From Takakia lepidozioides (Eukaryota; Plantae; Bryophyta), in assembly GCA_030704615.1 (NCBI GenBank), contig CM060733.1, positions 42,842,001-42,906,000 on the forward strand: a stretch of 64,000 nt of DNA, in the 5' to 3' direction. The notes under the pieces were generated by a model. The model saw only the letters and a program-made list of their open reading frames with translations. It searched no databases and had not been told where the DNA came from. The first letter of the stretch is position 1. The number at the start of each line of letters is the position of its first letter. Shown piece by piece: positions 1 through 15,265 of this stretch. The position numbers and the translations under genes were made by a program.

Positions 1-355
1 AGTGATCAGAAACGGTAGTTACTAATCATGTTGGCGCTACTGACCCAATGGCGGTACTCTCACATTCAACTGTTCCTACTCAGCATACGACTTACGGAAG
101 TGAAGGAGAAGGTAGCTAAGTAAGTAGAGGAACATGTATAGAGATGTTCGGCCTTCTCGAGTGTATGCGCATTTACAGTCACAATTCACGCCACACGATA
201 TGTGAGATAAGCGTTGATCTATTTGTACACTACAGAATAGCTTGCTAAGAAGCAATGTACACAATTCCGATGCACTCAAGTCGGCGGTCTTCAAAAACGC
301 TAGGGTAAGTTGTACCCACGTATCTAGTATTCACAATAGGAAGTAATCCTCTTCA

Positions 356-2989
356 TCAGTCGACTTCCTCCATCTTGGAACCTTCGCCATCAGCTTCTTC
401 TAGTGCTGGCATGTCGGCATCCTCCATCTCTCCACTTACTTCAGCAGCATCATCATCAGTAATGCTCAAGCCAAGTTTTACCATGCGGTGAATCCGGTTG
501 CCAAAGGTGCTGGGATCGTCAAGACTAAAGCCGGAAGTCAGCAGAGAGGTCTCGTACAGAAGCAAAACGAGATCTTTCACGCTCTTATCGTTTTTATCTG
601 CCTCTGCCCTCTTCCTCAGCTCGTCAATGATTTGGTTATCAGGATTAATCTCCATGGTCTTCTTCGAGGACATGTAGCTGGACATGCTGCTGTCTCGGAG
701 GGCTTGAGCTTTCATGATACGTTCCATATTTGCACTCCAACCGTACTCCCCAGTCACTAAGACGCAGGGAGAGTTGACAATGCGATTAGATACAAGCACT
801 TTCTCGACCTTGTCACCTAACGCGTCTTTAATTGTCTTGCATAGATTCTCAAACTGCGCCTTCTTTTCCTCCCTTTGTTTCTTCTCATCCTCAGATTCTT
901 CGAGTTTCAAGCCCTCCTTTGTTGCTGATACAAGTTTCTTGCCATCATACTCTTTCAGCTGACCAACTGCGTATTCATCTATAGCATCCACCATGAAAAT
1001 CACCTCATAACCCTTCTTCTTCAGTCGCTCCAAAAACGGAGAGTTCTCCACAGCCTTCTTGCTCTCACCAGTTATGTAGTAGATGTCGGACTGGCCTTCC
1101 TTCATGCGAGTCACGTAGTCCTTGAAACTAGTCATCTCATCTCCACTCTTTGTTGAGTGATATCGGAGGAGATCAGCTAGCTTTTCTCTGTTCTGAGAGT
1201 CCTCATGAACACCGAGTTTCAAATTCTTCGAAAAAGATTCATAGAATTTGTTGTAGTCCTTGTTTTCAGCTATCTCAGAGAACATCTCAAGCGCCTTTTT
1301 CACCAGATTTTTCCTGATTACCTTCAAGATCTTGTTTTGCTGCAGAGTCTCACGGGAAATGTTTAAGGGGAGGTCCTCGGAATCTACCACACCCTTAACA
1401 AAGCCAAGATACTCAGGAATCAAATCCTTGCAATTGTCCATTATAAATACCCTCCTCACGTACAGCTTGATGTTGTTTTTCTTTTTCCTGGTGTCGAAAA
1501 GATCAAACGGGGCTCTTTTGGGAACATACAACACAGACTTGAACTCCAGCTGACCCTCCACCGAAAAGTGCTTCACAGCCAGGTGCTCTTCCCAGTCATT
1601 GGTTAAACTCTTGTAGAAAGCGGCGTACTCCTCCTTTGAAATTTCTTCAGGCTTCCTCATCCAGATTGGCTTCTGTTTGTTCACAAGGGTCCATTCATGT
1701 GACACCTCTTTCACCTTCTTCTTTTTCTTGTCCTTGTCCTTTTCCTTCTCCTCATCCACTTCCTCGATCTTCACCCCCGAGTGATCTCCTTTCTCCTCTG
1801 CTTCTTCCTCATCATCCGAGACCTCTTTCTCGGTGGTCTTCTCAGTCCACAACGAAATTGGGTAGCTAATAAACTCAGAATGTTTTTTGATGAGGTCCTT
1901 CAATTTTCTCTCCTCCAAGTACTCAAGCTGCACATTCAGACACCGGATACGGATGTCAGTACTGTTTACTCACGATAAATTTGAAGACTTTTTTCGATTC
2001 CAATCATTCCTGCTGGGATTGGTTTACCAAACAGATGTACAAAGAATATCGACAACATCTACCTGATCTTCCTTCAGAAATAGTTGTATCTTGGTGCCCC
2101 GACCAAGAGGTTCTCCAGACGTATCTCTGGTGACGGTAAATGATCCGCCAGCTTGAGATTCCCAAATGTATTGGTCATCGTCATTGTGCTTGGATGTTAA
2201 GATCACTTTCTCAGCTACCAAGTAGGCCGAATAGAAACCAACACCGAATTGACCAATCATGCTGACATCCGCTCCAGCAGCAAAGGCCTCCATGAATTCC
2301 TTAGTTCCAGATCGAGCAATTGTCCCAAGATTGTTGACCATCTCTGGTATTCACAATACATCTTGTCAGAAAAAGATATCGCACTTGCGAGGCGTCTAAC
2401 GGCGAAACGCTATGTCCACGCATATGTGACTTCACAAACAGAGCGTAACACAAAACATTTGGAAAGCAGGGAAATATCGAGACAGCAAGACAAACATAAA
2501 CCAACTCCCACAACACTAATGACAAAAGGGAAGCCGTCGGTGCCTCACCAGCTTTCGTCATTCCAATCCCACTGTCAATGATTGTCAAGGTGTTGTTTGT
2601 TTTGTCGGGAACTACGTGAATGCAAAGTTCAGGCTGTGCATCGAGCTTGCTCTTGTCTGTGAGACTCTCAAACCGAATCTTGTCCAACGCCTGAGATACA
2701 TCATTTCAAAACAGAATTAAGTCACCTCGAAATAACAAGCACTAGCGACATCTTCTAGAGTAACAGCACGAAAACATCCAACAAGGCACGGGAAACAGCG
2801 CCATGCAATCTTACTTACATCAGACGAATTGCTAATCAACTCTCGCAGAAAAACCTCCTTGTTGCTATAGAACGTGTTGATGATGAGACTGAGAAGTTGA
2901 TTGATCTCCGCCTGGAAGGCAAAGGTCTCAACCTCCCGTCCCTCGCCTCCCTCGCCTCCCATGACGACATCGCTCTCGGTGGCAGCCAT
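356..2989 (-). CDS. HSP90: Cytosolic heat shock protein 90, 4 exons (approx. 2989-2819, 2690-2549, 2343-2063, 1927-356)
   Basis: Contains [48 protein letters not shown] and [10 protein letters not shown], and ends in the cytosolic MEEVD. GT-AG junctions join the ORF pieces in frame. Confidence 0.97.
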
Positions 2990-3172
2990 TGCACCTCCCA
3001 AAAATCAGACGCTTACCGCGAAAAAACCTCCACACAATCCTCGACAGACAAATTTAGCGCAGAACAGAAAGGCGCACACAATCACGCGACGATCGCAAGC
3101 TCCAGAGAGAATGCGTAGAAACAAGCGATGGTGCTCACTACCAAAGTAGCGCGACGGTGAAGAGAGCCCGTC

Positions 3173-3293
3173 TTTATAGCAATTTCCCAATTCACAGCGG
3201 GGCGTCCGATCTCTGGTTCCAACGGCGGAGATCGGCTTCTAGAATCATCTGAAGGCATGCGTATTCCAGAACACTCGGCCGAAGACTCCAGAA
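3173..3293 (-). promoter_or_regulatory. HSP90 promoter: TATA box and clustered heat-shock elements
   Basis: TATAAA on the minus strand at 3178-3173. Alternating nTTCn/nGAAn modules: TTCtaGAA at 3237, TTCcaGAA at about 3264, and GAAgaCTCcaGAA at 3281-3293. Confidence 0.75.
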
Positions 3294-4571
3294 GGCCCGA
3301 CCTCGTCGTCTTCTCCAAACATATCCATGGCCATCCTCGACGCTGCGAGTGCTGTGGTGATCTCTTAGGATCACCAACTCGGCTCAGCATATGCCAGGCG
3401 GTGGCATGGGAGGAGGATGGTGATTCTCATCAATCTATACGGCTTCCAGTACCCCCTGGTTTCTCAGTCTGAGGAAATTTCATTCCAAAGTCCTGTTCTC
3501 TGTCGTAATCATTCCAAGTCGTAATCAATCAATCAATCCTCTGTTTTGCCTTTTGCGTGCAGAGGAAAAAATCGATGCGGGTTAAGATGGAGGCAGGTAG
3601 TGGTTTGATTTTAGCTGTTAGCTTTTGCTGTAGGTGAATTGGGAGTAGTAGAGGAATGAGAGGCACAATCACGTGTACAGTGTAGAGTAAGCACCTTAAT
3701 TCACATTGCATTCACATGAGGTTTTGTTAGGACTGTCAAGCTTTTCTTCGAACAGCCGTAACTTCCTCAATCCCGGTACCATTGAACAGGCACTTGAGGA
3801 CCGAAAGGGGAGAAAGTTATAAGTCCAAATTCATGGAACAGCATCCCGGCCCTTCAGGGCATACAGTTAAAACAGCATGTCAGGGCGGGTATTGGGGTTA
3901 GATAGTCCCCGCAAACAGAGCGCTGCTCTAAAATTAGAGGTTGAGAAGGGTTCCTATGTAAGGAAGCTCGATGAAGTCTTTAGGGCCTTCAAAACAGCTG
4001 AATTCCTAAGAAGTTGCAGCTCACAAAGAAATCAATCCAGAGAGTGAATTTCTGTTAGTTTTCATGTGCAGATAGAAGATGTAGTTAGCAACATAATTCA
4101 ACGTTTCATCTCTATAGATCAAAGAATTTGCCAAGATATGGCCTAAACGGTGACCTTGGGTCATGAGTCTGCAGAATTCGCTGTAGGACAATAGGGTTTA
4201 AGGGCAACATGTAAACTCACAAAGAAAGGAGAGGCCCGGAGAGAGAGTGGTGGAAGGGTCAAGGAGCCTGGGAGAGAGGGTGCTCATTGTGTATGGATTG
4301 TGTGGCACAGTATGCATTGTGGTGCCCTTGTGAAGGGAAACCAACTAGTTTAATGGGAGGTGCTAAGTGCTAACCTGTTCAGCTCTGGGAGAAATCTGTT
4401 GACATAATTCACAATCTTCACAAAAAGATACTTAATCCAATTTCATTTGCAAGGGAACCTCCAAATATGGCAACCGACCTAAAGATCACCACTAACAATC
4501 CTCCCACAAAGATCTGGAATTGAAGCCTGACATAACCTTGATTTGGCATTCTTGCAATATTCCGTTGCCTA

Positions 4572-7500
4572 TTAATACTTTCCTGAGAAATTAGCATCAT
4601 CAGCAATAAATGCCTCCAGAGATGTCAATCGAGACCTACTGTCATCTCCGCGATTTTGCTGTAGCACCTTACCAACACTTGCATACAGCATCTCAAGCTG
4701 ATATACGCCAAAGCCCTTTGTACAAGACACGAGTTTCGATTTTACTGCCTCTACTCGCTCATTAAATTCTTGCCTGACAGCTGAATCCTCTGCATCAGAC
4801 TCCCTATGCTCTCCATCTTCACACATATCTGACTCTTCAGTTGATCCCTTTGCGGCCACATCACATGGCCCTGGTGATGTGCGTGTAATCTCATGGGCTG
4901 CACACATGCTGCCACTTTCAAGATTTTCATCTATACTTTTCATGCTCAGCTCCTCACACATGGTTGCGACAGGTGAGGCTGGCTTTTCCATTGCTGGCTC
5001 AAGTGCTTCATCTACAGTCTCTCGAGATTGCTCCAGATTGGAAATCACTTCTGGGGAGGTTCCATTTGCTGCTTCACCTGATTGCAAGAGACGTGCTTAT
5101 AATTCAAGTACTAATCAGGAAGATCTTGATTCTTGGGCAAAAGCCTTCCTACATTATCTCCTGCTCACAAGATGGGCCCCAATGCTGGCAAATGGGGGTG
5201 GTCCCACATGGACACCTCACCAAAGGACCATTTAGGGACACCCTGTTTCGCATGCATTAGCACAAGCAAAAATTCCAACTGATTGCTGTAACAAACAACA
5301 ACAGATAAGAAACTTGAGAGATCAACTGCAAAGAAGTATTCAATCACCAGAAATATCTTTGGCATCCATACCAGGGACGAGTCCCTCGCTGCTTCTCTTT
5401 AATCGCCGTGAACCACCTTCAGAAGTCTTCAAGACATCTACTTCAGGCTGGAAGCCACGCAATCGAGCACTAGCTCGAATTGCTGGCAGGGAAATCAACT
5501 GGTCTGCTGTGCCTGTGGTGGCTGCTGGCATTCGACCACCCTGTGCAGCTATGGCGTCGCAAAAAGTAACAAGTCCCGGGTCCATTTGGGATAGCATGCC
5601 ATGGACCTGGACATATTAACCCCAGCAAATGTCAACTTAAGGGGACAGCTACAAGCCAGCAACGATAAATGTGCGTAAATCACGAACTGAATCCACAGAC
5701 TGCACTTTCATTTGGAGGACAGTCAAAGTAGTGGCTCCCTTGGTGCTCTACAGGACCCATCCAGAATGAAGACCAGAACCTTGCATACTAAGTTGACTTT
5801 CATACACAATCTATCCAATGCCAACCTGCAGGTGTTAGTAAGTGGAGGACAAAAAGCTCGAGATAAGAAGAGATCCCTCAGCTCGACTGCAAAGCCAGAA
5901 GTGAACTTCACTACTTTCATCCAGCCCATCCACTGTAACACATCGTTAAGAATATATATCAGCAGCCCTACCGCATCCCGAAGTGCACATGCTTTACTGA
6001 CAATTCGTCCCCCTTGATAATCATCACCATTATATGCCTGCACCACATGCCCAGCCCCGACAGAACTAACATTTTGTGATGTTCAACATGGTGGGAACAG
6101 GGAAGACAGTGCGAGGAAAATGCCAGCGGTTGCAGAGCTACATCCATGATTTGAATGGGTTAAATTACATGCAGGAGCTGCCTAGAAGAGGAGCAACATA
6201 CAAACAAGGAGGAGCAGCTGAACCAAACACTGCAGACACGGAGTTTCATAGCCTATATCACACCAACCTATTGTACTCTCAACAATAAACATGGAATATC
6301 GAGAGTGTCATAACCACCAACAGCACCTAAGGAGAAGAAAGAAGGAAATCTATTACATCCACAGTACCGCCAGAGGGTCCATGCACAGAGAGAGGGAAAG
6401 TGAGGAGACTACACCCAGGAACCACCTCTGAGAGGGTGGGAGGGCACACTTACTTTGGCATTGGCAGGAATGAGATCCACATCATGCAGGAATGCTGAGC
6501 GTGTCAAGTAGTGGCCAGTATCAACACGCTGAAGCAGGGTGGCCACATCCATCGGGTTTTGCACAATGGTGCGATAATCCGGAACCTCATCGTCCATGAC
6601 AGGAAAATGAAATATCCCAAAACGCTTCTCATAAAGCAGCCTGCACTTGTCCACAAGACCATATTGGTTTCCCACTCTAGAGCCACATGTAGGCAGACTG
6701 TAAACAACCATTTTGCTTGACCACTTGGTAAGGCTTGTTAACTGAAAACCGTCTTTAAGAGGCCTGGTACTTTGAAAGTGAATATGTTTGAGGGCATACC
6801 AATAATGAGCCAATTAACGTAGTAAATTTTGTGCTAAAAGTGGAACAAGGCTTCCGACGTGAGAATGGACCCAAATCCACTAACAGGAACACCAACCACA
6901 AGAGCCAACTGCCGGGGTGATGTAACACATGCAATAAAGCACACTGTGCTGGCAGCCTCGCCAACTTTCCATGTCAAGAAAGCTGAATTTGCAGGTACAG
7001 AGGAGCTGACTGGTCCACCTATTACAAACATCACGAAGGCACATCCGAAGCCGGCGGATAGCGTGCTCCTCTGATTCAGCTCGTTCCCGGAGCTCAGCCT
7101 CACTGGGCCCCTTGTCAACTTTAGGCGCCTTAGGGAGCTCAGGCTGTGCTGATTTTTGCTTTGCAACACTCTTCCGCACACGAACAGACACTATTGACTC
7201 TACCAACTGTGAAAAGAACTTTGTCCGTGCTTCAGAGGAGGGTAGCCTCACTTCATAACTGCAAAACACAGGTGAAGAAAGCACTATCAGATTGACACAC
7301 CACATCATGCAATGTAGCATGCAAGCCATTAATAACCTCCACCTTCAAGCTGGATAGAGGCACTAGAACATGGCAGGTTGACGCACACCTGCTTCCAAAG
7401 TTACAAGAAGATAAAACCAAGGCATTTGTTAGGACAGGACAGTTGAACTTCATAAAGCCCTAGCTTGCACAGCGAAAATAAAAATCAGGCAATCTGCCAA

Positions 7501-10500
7501 AAATGGATTCTCCAACTTCACGTACACATGTTTGCCAAATATGGCAAGTGCTTCTTGATCCAACTCCTTCAAAGGCAGTGGCGCACTTCCAAGAAAGAGC
7601 ACAGGTAGATCCGAAGGAAGGTCAGCCAGCAGCATTAAAAGGACTGCGCGCAGTTGATCATGGGCCTGCATACTACCAAAGGCAGGATGTCAGGTGCTCC
7701 ATTTGAGTGCACTCTGTAGACAAGTACTAGGACACCTTGTTATGTTTCTGAGCAACAACAACCAGTAGGATGGGTATTATGGAAGAGGGCTGCGTGATGA
7801 AAAGTTCCACCTTTTACAACAACACCATCACATAACCTCAACAATTAAATGCCCATCCCAAATATCCCACATCTGACTTTCAAACATGAGCTTGCTGATG
7901 GGATAGCTGTACTGGGGCTCATAGGCATGGCCCTCCACCAACAGCTTCTCAAGTAAAACCTAGGCAACAAGTCTACCAAACCCAGATGACCAACTGAATG
8001 ATGACTAATGAACACCAACAAAATATAGCTAACAAAATGTTTTGGTTGAGGTGATGGGACAGTCACTATGACCTCCCGCGAGCACTCAGACTCCCCAGTC
8101 TTTTACAACCATGTTTAGAACTTCGGATTGACATCAGACTAGAAGCAGTTGGAGGTCGTGATTGCCACCAACTGTTTGTGCGTGGTGAAGTTAACACTTC
8201 AGTCTCCCTAATAGCTACACGAGTTTACATGCGTCCGAAAGAATACACCACGTAATCACATGTCTCAATAGATGAGAAGCCTCATTGCAACATGCAATCA
8301 TAAACTCTTCCACTCTGTACAAAAGTGTTTACTTACTGTGTCAGTGATCCTCTTATATCCTCACGAACATATAAGTAATGGTCCAATATGTGGCCTCCTA
8401 AGCAATGGCCTCCTACATAGAAATCTCTTAATTTCTTTGCCTGTTATATCGTCTTGTCCCATAAGCTTTTTAGACATTCCATGAACGTTACACAGGCAGT
8501 TCAACTAGCTGAAAACGTAGCCAGAAAAGTAAAGACAAAGAGGGAAAGAAAAGACCCACCGTATCCCACCAAAGGTGGAGCTGTGGTAAATAGAGCACTG
8601 CAGGTGTGGTTCTTCTTGCTTCACTGAAAATGTGAACTAAGGCCTCTTCTGGTGTCTTTGCACCGGGATCAGAGAGAAGAGAAGGAAGCCCTAATGAATG
8701 GACAGGGAATCTCTCCAATTCATGTAACACTGAAGGTCCAATGTGATCCTGGGCCAGAAACAAAGACAATGCCAGCTCATGCCTCCAGAACAGAAATAGA
8801 AGAGTGAATGACTATAATTTCAAGATTCAATATCTAATAACAAGAATTTGACTGACATTGGCCAGGACATCTCCCACTAATCAAGGGGTAGAATTGTCAG
8901 GTTGGTCCAACAAGATATCAAAGGGCCATCAGCAGTCAGTAAAGGGCCTCCTGGAAAACCTTTAGCTTTCTCTGGTCATCATGGGACTGACAGAGTGACA
9001 TGGTCACTGCAATGTCCTTGAGTAACTCTTTCCTGCCAGTCCCTGCCAGACTACCACTTCATGAACACTCCAGAGCCAAATGCCAAGTTATGCACCACCA
9101 CTGATTAATGGAGTAGAATCAGAATAACCTTATCCAGCATAGGAATGAATTCCCCAGCTTGCCAATTTCTGCAGATTTTTTGGAGAAATATCTATTGAGT
9201 CCCTCACACAAGGAAGAGCACTAGAAAGGTGCAAGAGAAGTACCAAGCCGGTCCCCTCTCTCCCACAGAGCAGAAGCTTTGGGCGGTACACAAGACGAGA
9301 ATTGCCCCGCATTCCAAACAACCGGGCCAGCTGTTCTGGAGTCTCATCCTCATCGTCGTCGGAAAAGTTTGTAGTTGAGTCCTTCTGACTTGTCAATGGG
9401 AAGATCTCAGAGAGACGACTGACAATGTTTTGGAGATGTCCTTCCAAGCAGGGAGCAACCACGGAGGAGAATGGCCTTGCATGAGTCACAGCACCTCTGT
9501 GGGCAGCAGGAGTGATAGCCGACATGGCTTCAAGAAAGTGACGCCTCTCCACCTCCACAGAGTCAACATCAATTACAAATTGCTCCTCACTCCTGAACAT
9601 GTAGTTGCACAAACAGATGTGAGAAGACAGCAGCTCATTGGTTACCAACTTCCAGACAACTCATTACGTTGCATTGTAATCATTCTTCAACTACGAAGTG
9701 CCCTTGTTGATGCATGAATGGTTACATCTATGGTAAACCATGTGGGCAGTAAATCCTGCCTTGTCCGTACAAGCTGGTATGCCTTGGAGCATCGTCAGCA
9801 CGTCTTGCATACACAGGATTGAATAAAAAAAGTCTGAGTGGACAGCAGCATTTAAACATTCATGCATCCAAGTAAATTGATCAACACTAAGATGCAATCA
9901 TACCTGTACACCTGCGGATACTTTTTCCGAAATGCCCGAATGGCTGCCTCTGTACACAATGCCTTCAAGTCCGCCCCACAATAACCCACACATGCTGCCG
10001 CAAGCTCCTTCCGAAGGCCCTCTGAAGGGGGCTTTTCCCAATTTCTAGTATGAATATCTAATATTTCTCCCCGCGCCTCTAAGGTGGGATGATTCAAGAC
10101 CAATTCTCTGTCAAAGCGTCCTGGCCGCCTCAGCGCTCCATCAATTGCATCTATCCTATTGGTTGCACCAATTACCACCACTTGCCCACGTGAATCAAGA
10201 CCATCCATGAGCGCAAGAAGAGTGGAGACGATGGAATTGTGGATCTGCTCTTGTTTGCTCGATCGCACAGGTGCCAAACCATCAATCTCATCAAAGAAGA
10301 TGATTGATGGTTGACATCGCTGTGCCTCCTCAAAAAGCATCCGCAGCTGCCGCTCAGCTTCTCCCACCCACCTACAAGGTAATTGACATCCAGACTTGTC
10401 ATGCTTGAACATTCAGGCACAAGAATTGTCACAACCAAGGCCAAAAGAACAGCTGCTAAACGTGGGGTGATAGGAATCTGCCTGGACTGCTTCAGTAGCA

Positions 10501-11152
10501 TAAGAAGTAGACCCCTTGCACACACCCAAACCCAGCGAGCACTCACGTTGTAAAACCCAAGGTACTGTTAACAAAACCCATCTAACATAGGTGCAGCAGT
10601 CCCCACCACATTATATGATGCTTTGAAACCCACAGCACATGTGCACAATATTGGTTACTCAAATGTAGAGCAGCGGACAGCGTCAAGTTGTATGGTCTCA
10701 TTGTTTCCCCTTGGCACTTCACAAGGAGTGATGAACCTTGAGAACCAAATTAAAATTATTTGATGTAAGCAAATAATGTTTTCAATAATTCCCATGTTCA
10801 AATTTGGACAGCAACATTGCTGAAAGCAGAAAGACATTACTTGGAAAGTACATCTGCTCCTTTCCGCATGTAGAAATTGACCTTCTGTCCTGCCCTTGAG
10901 GCAGCACTAGCCATAGCCCTCGCAATGAGAGTTTTCCCAGTGCCAGGAGGTCCAGAAAGCAGCACCCCCCTTGGTGGAGTGATGTGATACTTCGCAAAAA
11001 AAGAGGGATAGAGCAAAGGAAAAAACACCATCTCCTTCAACGAGTCGATATAGTGCGACAAGCCCCCGATCTGTTCGAATCCTACTGTTTCATCCACTTG
11101 CACTGGCTGTATATCTGCTCCTCCTTTAGAACTTGGACCTGCGGTTTGAACC

Positions 11153-11184
<32 letters not shown>

Positions 11185-14100
11185 CACCGCAGCACAGGTC
11201 AATATGAATGAACACATAAGTCCACTGTTGTGGTTAGCAGGTGGATGTTGTGCTGCATTTGCCAATCCCAGCTCCAATAGTTGGACACCAACCCAGCAGC
11301 CCACTCAAGTCCACCTTCCATTCTCAAGGAGCCACATGATTCTGCAAGGATGTCTGTTCTAGGATACTTCAATCAAGAGCTGCAATAGTTTAGGCACAGT
11401 ATGTGCAGGTGCGTACCTGGTGTGGCTGAACCCCAATGGCTGCCAGGCTGGGTCCAACCTGAGGCCGCCACGCTCCAGTTGGCAGAACCATATGTGTCGA
11501 AGCCTGCAGGTAGCCAGGGATGAGAAGAGGCACGGCTGGCACGCAACCAGGGAGCCGCAGGGCCGTGGTCCAGTTCATCCACCAATAATGAGTCGTCGGA
11601 ATCGTCGGTCCTCATCGATCGATGCCGTTTGTATGCCCGGGATCCAGATCGCCGACCCTCTCGGCCTCGTCTTGTGCCACTCCCTGCATGCCAATCCACA
11701 GTTCAGCTGTATGAGACAGGGTCAATGAATGCAAACCATGTTACACCCAGACTGGATGTGAGGTGATCCCACAAATGTTCTTTATAATCCTCTTCATAAA
11801 ACTGAAGAAAACAAAGGATGCCTCCAAGCCTATTGAGTTCAACCCAAAGGTTTCAGTGGCAGAAAAGCTTGGAAACCTTAGCTGCTGTTGACCCTGTGTA
11901 GATGCAACCAAATAATTTATCAGGGATTACTATACACACATGCAAGATTTCCATTTCATGTATACTTTGCTACACTTACAATGCAGAGGGGCCTTCTCTT
12001 TTGTATTTTGGGTTGCCAATGTCTAGCTTGGTGCAATTTTGACAGAGAGCGATCAAGAGCGAATGTGTGGTGGGGTGCAACCACCGTTTTTCGAGCATCA
12101 CAGTCACAGTTCATGAAAACATTGCGCACCATGCTACTCTCCCCCCTCAAATGAGTGTCACCTGAAATGTGCAAGGTCTTGTTGAATTTTTATGTTTTTT
12201 TCTACTTATCTATGGTAAAGCACAATTGGAAGATCTAGTCCATTACCTATCCAACTAGTAAAAGTAGAGAGACCTCAAACTGAGAACAGTCACTCTGTCG
12301 GTGGGTACCAACTACTTGAAAAATGGGCTGACCATTCAGGTCCTCAACGACCTGCAAAGCCCACCTCAACACTGTTGCAAGATATTATGAACGTATCTCC
12401 AAGGATCCGAACATGTTGCCACGTGAAGCACTCTAGTTTCGTGAGTGTCTGCTTAAGGCAGTAATACTCATATGTGGGGGATGGGGGAAGATGGTGAAGT
12501 GGCTGGACTGTACTTTGCAATGCCAGATTAGCCTGTGTCCAGTTGTATGTTACTCTTACAGGACTGGTGAGTGGTTTATGACGCATTTAACATTATTCTT
12601 ACGGTGATAGGTGAAAATTATCAGATTCAGAACACACCAAGAAACAGGAGGTGAGATTTTCAAGTCCAGCTCCTCCAGTATTCACTACATAGACTGTAGG
12701 AGGCCACAAGTCAAATGGATAAAAGAATGTTCTACCTGAATGGAACATTTTCCGTGGGGACCGAGGTCGTGCGGGCCTCTCTTCCCTTCTGGGAGAAAAG
12801 CGCTGTACACCTGTGCGGTTGCGGAGTGCATAGCGCCGCCTGCCCTCCCGCCCTTCGGTCTCTTCATCTTCTTCCTCTTCTTCTTCCTCCTCCTCTTCCT
12901 CCTCATCTTCTTCTTCGTCATCCTCCTCGCCTGCCGCAATTGACACTTAAGATTCCAGCTTTGACAAAAGACTTCTGTTGTCACAAACACCAGAATCTGA
13001 AGGTGCCATATAATTCTAGAGTTGCACTCCTGCAGATAATCAGCTAATATTTTTATGGCAGAGATTGGTACAAGGTCTTAGCTAATCGATGGACACTTCT
13101 TACTGTTGGACAAATGGAAGATGCATAAGGCATCTTCAAATTCCCAATCGAGGCAAGAAAGGAAGCCCTTGCATTTTCAACCCTAAGCACAAAATCCCAC
13201 ACATTTACCTTTGTCCCCAATGTCCCTCTCCGACGAATTTGGGTCGCCATCCTCAAAGTCTTGAGAAGAAAGTTCTAGCCTTGGAGCTCTTATAGAATGA
13301 CGAGGCCTCAATCCTTCCCTCCTCGGTACAGCAATCACACCCATGGTCTTCTTTTCAGAAAGATCTGGACTCCCTTGCTCTTCTCGCCTGTGGTCCCCCT
13401 TTGTAGAGCGATATGTATGTCTCTGAACCTGTGACCAGGGATATAAGCAACTTTAATTAACCTCGTTGAGACACAACCCACCCCCAATCAGGGTGATTGG
13501 CCATTTCTACTAGAGCCATACACTAGAATAGTGTCAAGTAGACAAAGTTTCAATGAGTTCAATCATGCGGACATGCAACACAGCAAGAACAGTGCAATCC
13601 AACACTCTTCGATATCTGTGAGTAGCAGTGTCCCCTCAACAATGCTTATAGTGGCCAACTTACTAATCAAACCCACGTAGATAAGCATCAGCACAAATTG
13701 GCACACGAAAGAATACTTTGTTGTAAGGAGATCCACTTTACAACATTCTAGCTGCCCTGCCAAAAGATTGAAAAGTTTCCACTCCAACCTACACAGAGTG
13801 AATGAACCACATCTTCCGTTTGTATATCCATGCCCCAAATATACCATACCTTGTGAAAGGTTCAAGAAGAAACTGCATCCCAACACACTGTTCTCCAACA
13901 ATGTCTCTCAGAAAGCAACATACCCGGGTCTCAATGAGTTCGGCATCGCTGTTATCAGTCTCATAGTCCACATGTACCAGCACTCGCCTTTTCCTTGTGG
14001 AGCGACGCAGATTATTGGTGTCAGGCAGCTGCCATAACACAGCAGAAAGCTTAAATAAAAACCCATGGGACTGGCAAGCACAGGCCTTACCCCCCTCATT

Positions 14101-15118
14101 CCAAGTCTCTATTGATGGTACGAAAGCAGTTGACCTGACCTAGAAAGTAAATTGCAAATTTTACACTGAAACCAAGTTAAAAATCAATCAGAGAAAAATC
14201 TCAGAAAAACCCTGAAGAGCAGCCAAATGATGGAGCAGAGCAGAATGTTCAAGCCCAATCCCTGCAGCCAAGGGCTTGCTCTACTTGCAATGATCAGCTT
14301 TCCTTTGAGGTACCATGAATATAACTTGTCAATGCCAGCAATTAGCTGGATCTCCTTCCTACAGCAGCTTTACTCTTAAGTGCAGCAAAGTCAATACATC
14401 AATGTCGTATATAAAAGTCATATATATATGTTGATATTATGTGTCCTAAAATGCAGTAGGACCAGAGAAACAAGTAGGGCCAATATAAAATACACCTTCC
14501 CACCTGATTGAGAACGGTATCAGATGGCATTTGGGGATCTGCTGCGATCTCCAACGCCTGGAAATGCGATCAGGTTAAAAAAATTAGGAAGTATCGATAC
14601 GACGTTCGCCTTCCAATATAGCTGAAGAAAATTAAGCAATTGCACATTTAAAACCTGCCTGCTGCGTGCCGACGGTAAGATTACTCTGATTTAGGGTAAG
14701 AAGGTGTCGCGGAAACGAGCAGAACGGGTTCTCCCCCAATTCACCCAAGGAAAGCAATATGTCACGTCCTCTTTCGGGATGCAGGTGCATCCATTCAAAC
14801 AACTAAGGACACGAGGAGAAATTTACGACCCTGAAAGTGCGTCTAGGTGACCATGGGGCAATGCCAGAAGCTCGCTCCAAGACAAAAACAGATCACGTAG
14901 AAAGAAAGGCGTACCGAGGACACCGGATGCGTGCCGGATATCTTTTTCCCGTTGGGGGGTTGCTGCATGATTTTTGCTAGGCAGAAGCCCGACCTCCTGG
15001 CTTTGCCCTTGCGCTTGGCCTTGGGCTTGAGAAGATAGCGGGAAAGGCGATGTAAGGAGGAGGGATGGTGGGCAGGAATGCGAGCTGCAGCATGGCCATG
15101 GCCACGGCCTGCCTTCAT
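4572..15118 (-). CDS. ATAD2/Yta7-type AAA+ ATPase with bromodomain, multi-exon
   Basis: Walker A GPPGTGKT (about 10.94 kb), Walker B IIFFDEIDGLAPVRS and SRH GATNRIDAIDGALRRPGRFDRE (10.1-10.3 kb). A second degenerate AAA module (YRPKLLLCG, PAVLYLP) follows, then a bromodomain (PDYRTIVQNPMD...LIPANAK, YNGDDY). An acidic poly-E tract lies at 12.86-12.93 kb. The 5' exons are less certain. Confidence 0.9.
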
Positions 15119-15127
15119 AGGCCGCTC

Positions 15128-15265
15128 TGTCTCTCTCCCTCTCTCTCTCTAGAGCGCTGCACCCTCGCGTGCCTCCCGTATTTGTATTTTCCTTTCGCCT
15201 ATATCTACTCTATCTACCTACCTCGCTTCTTCGTGCCTGCCTACCTACCTACTTACCTACCTACC
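15128..15265. repeat. (CT)n and (CTAC)n microsatellites just upstream of the ATAD2-like start
   Basis: ctctctccctctctctctct and ctacctacctacttacctacctacc are seen directly. Confidence 0.8.
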
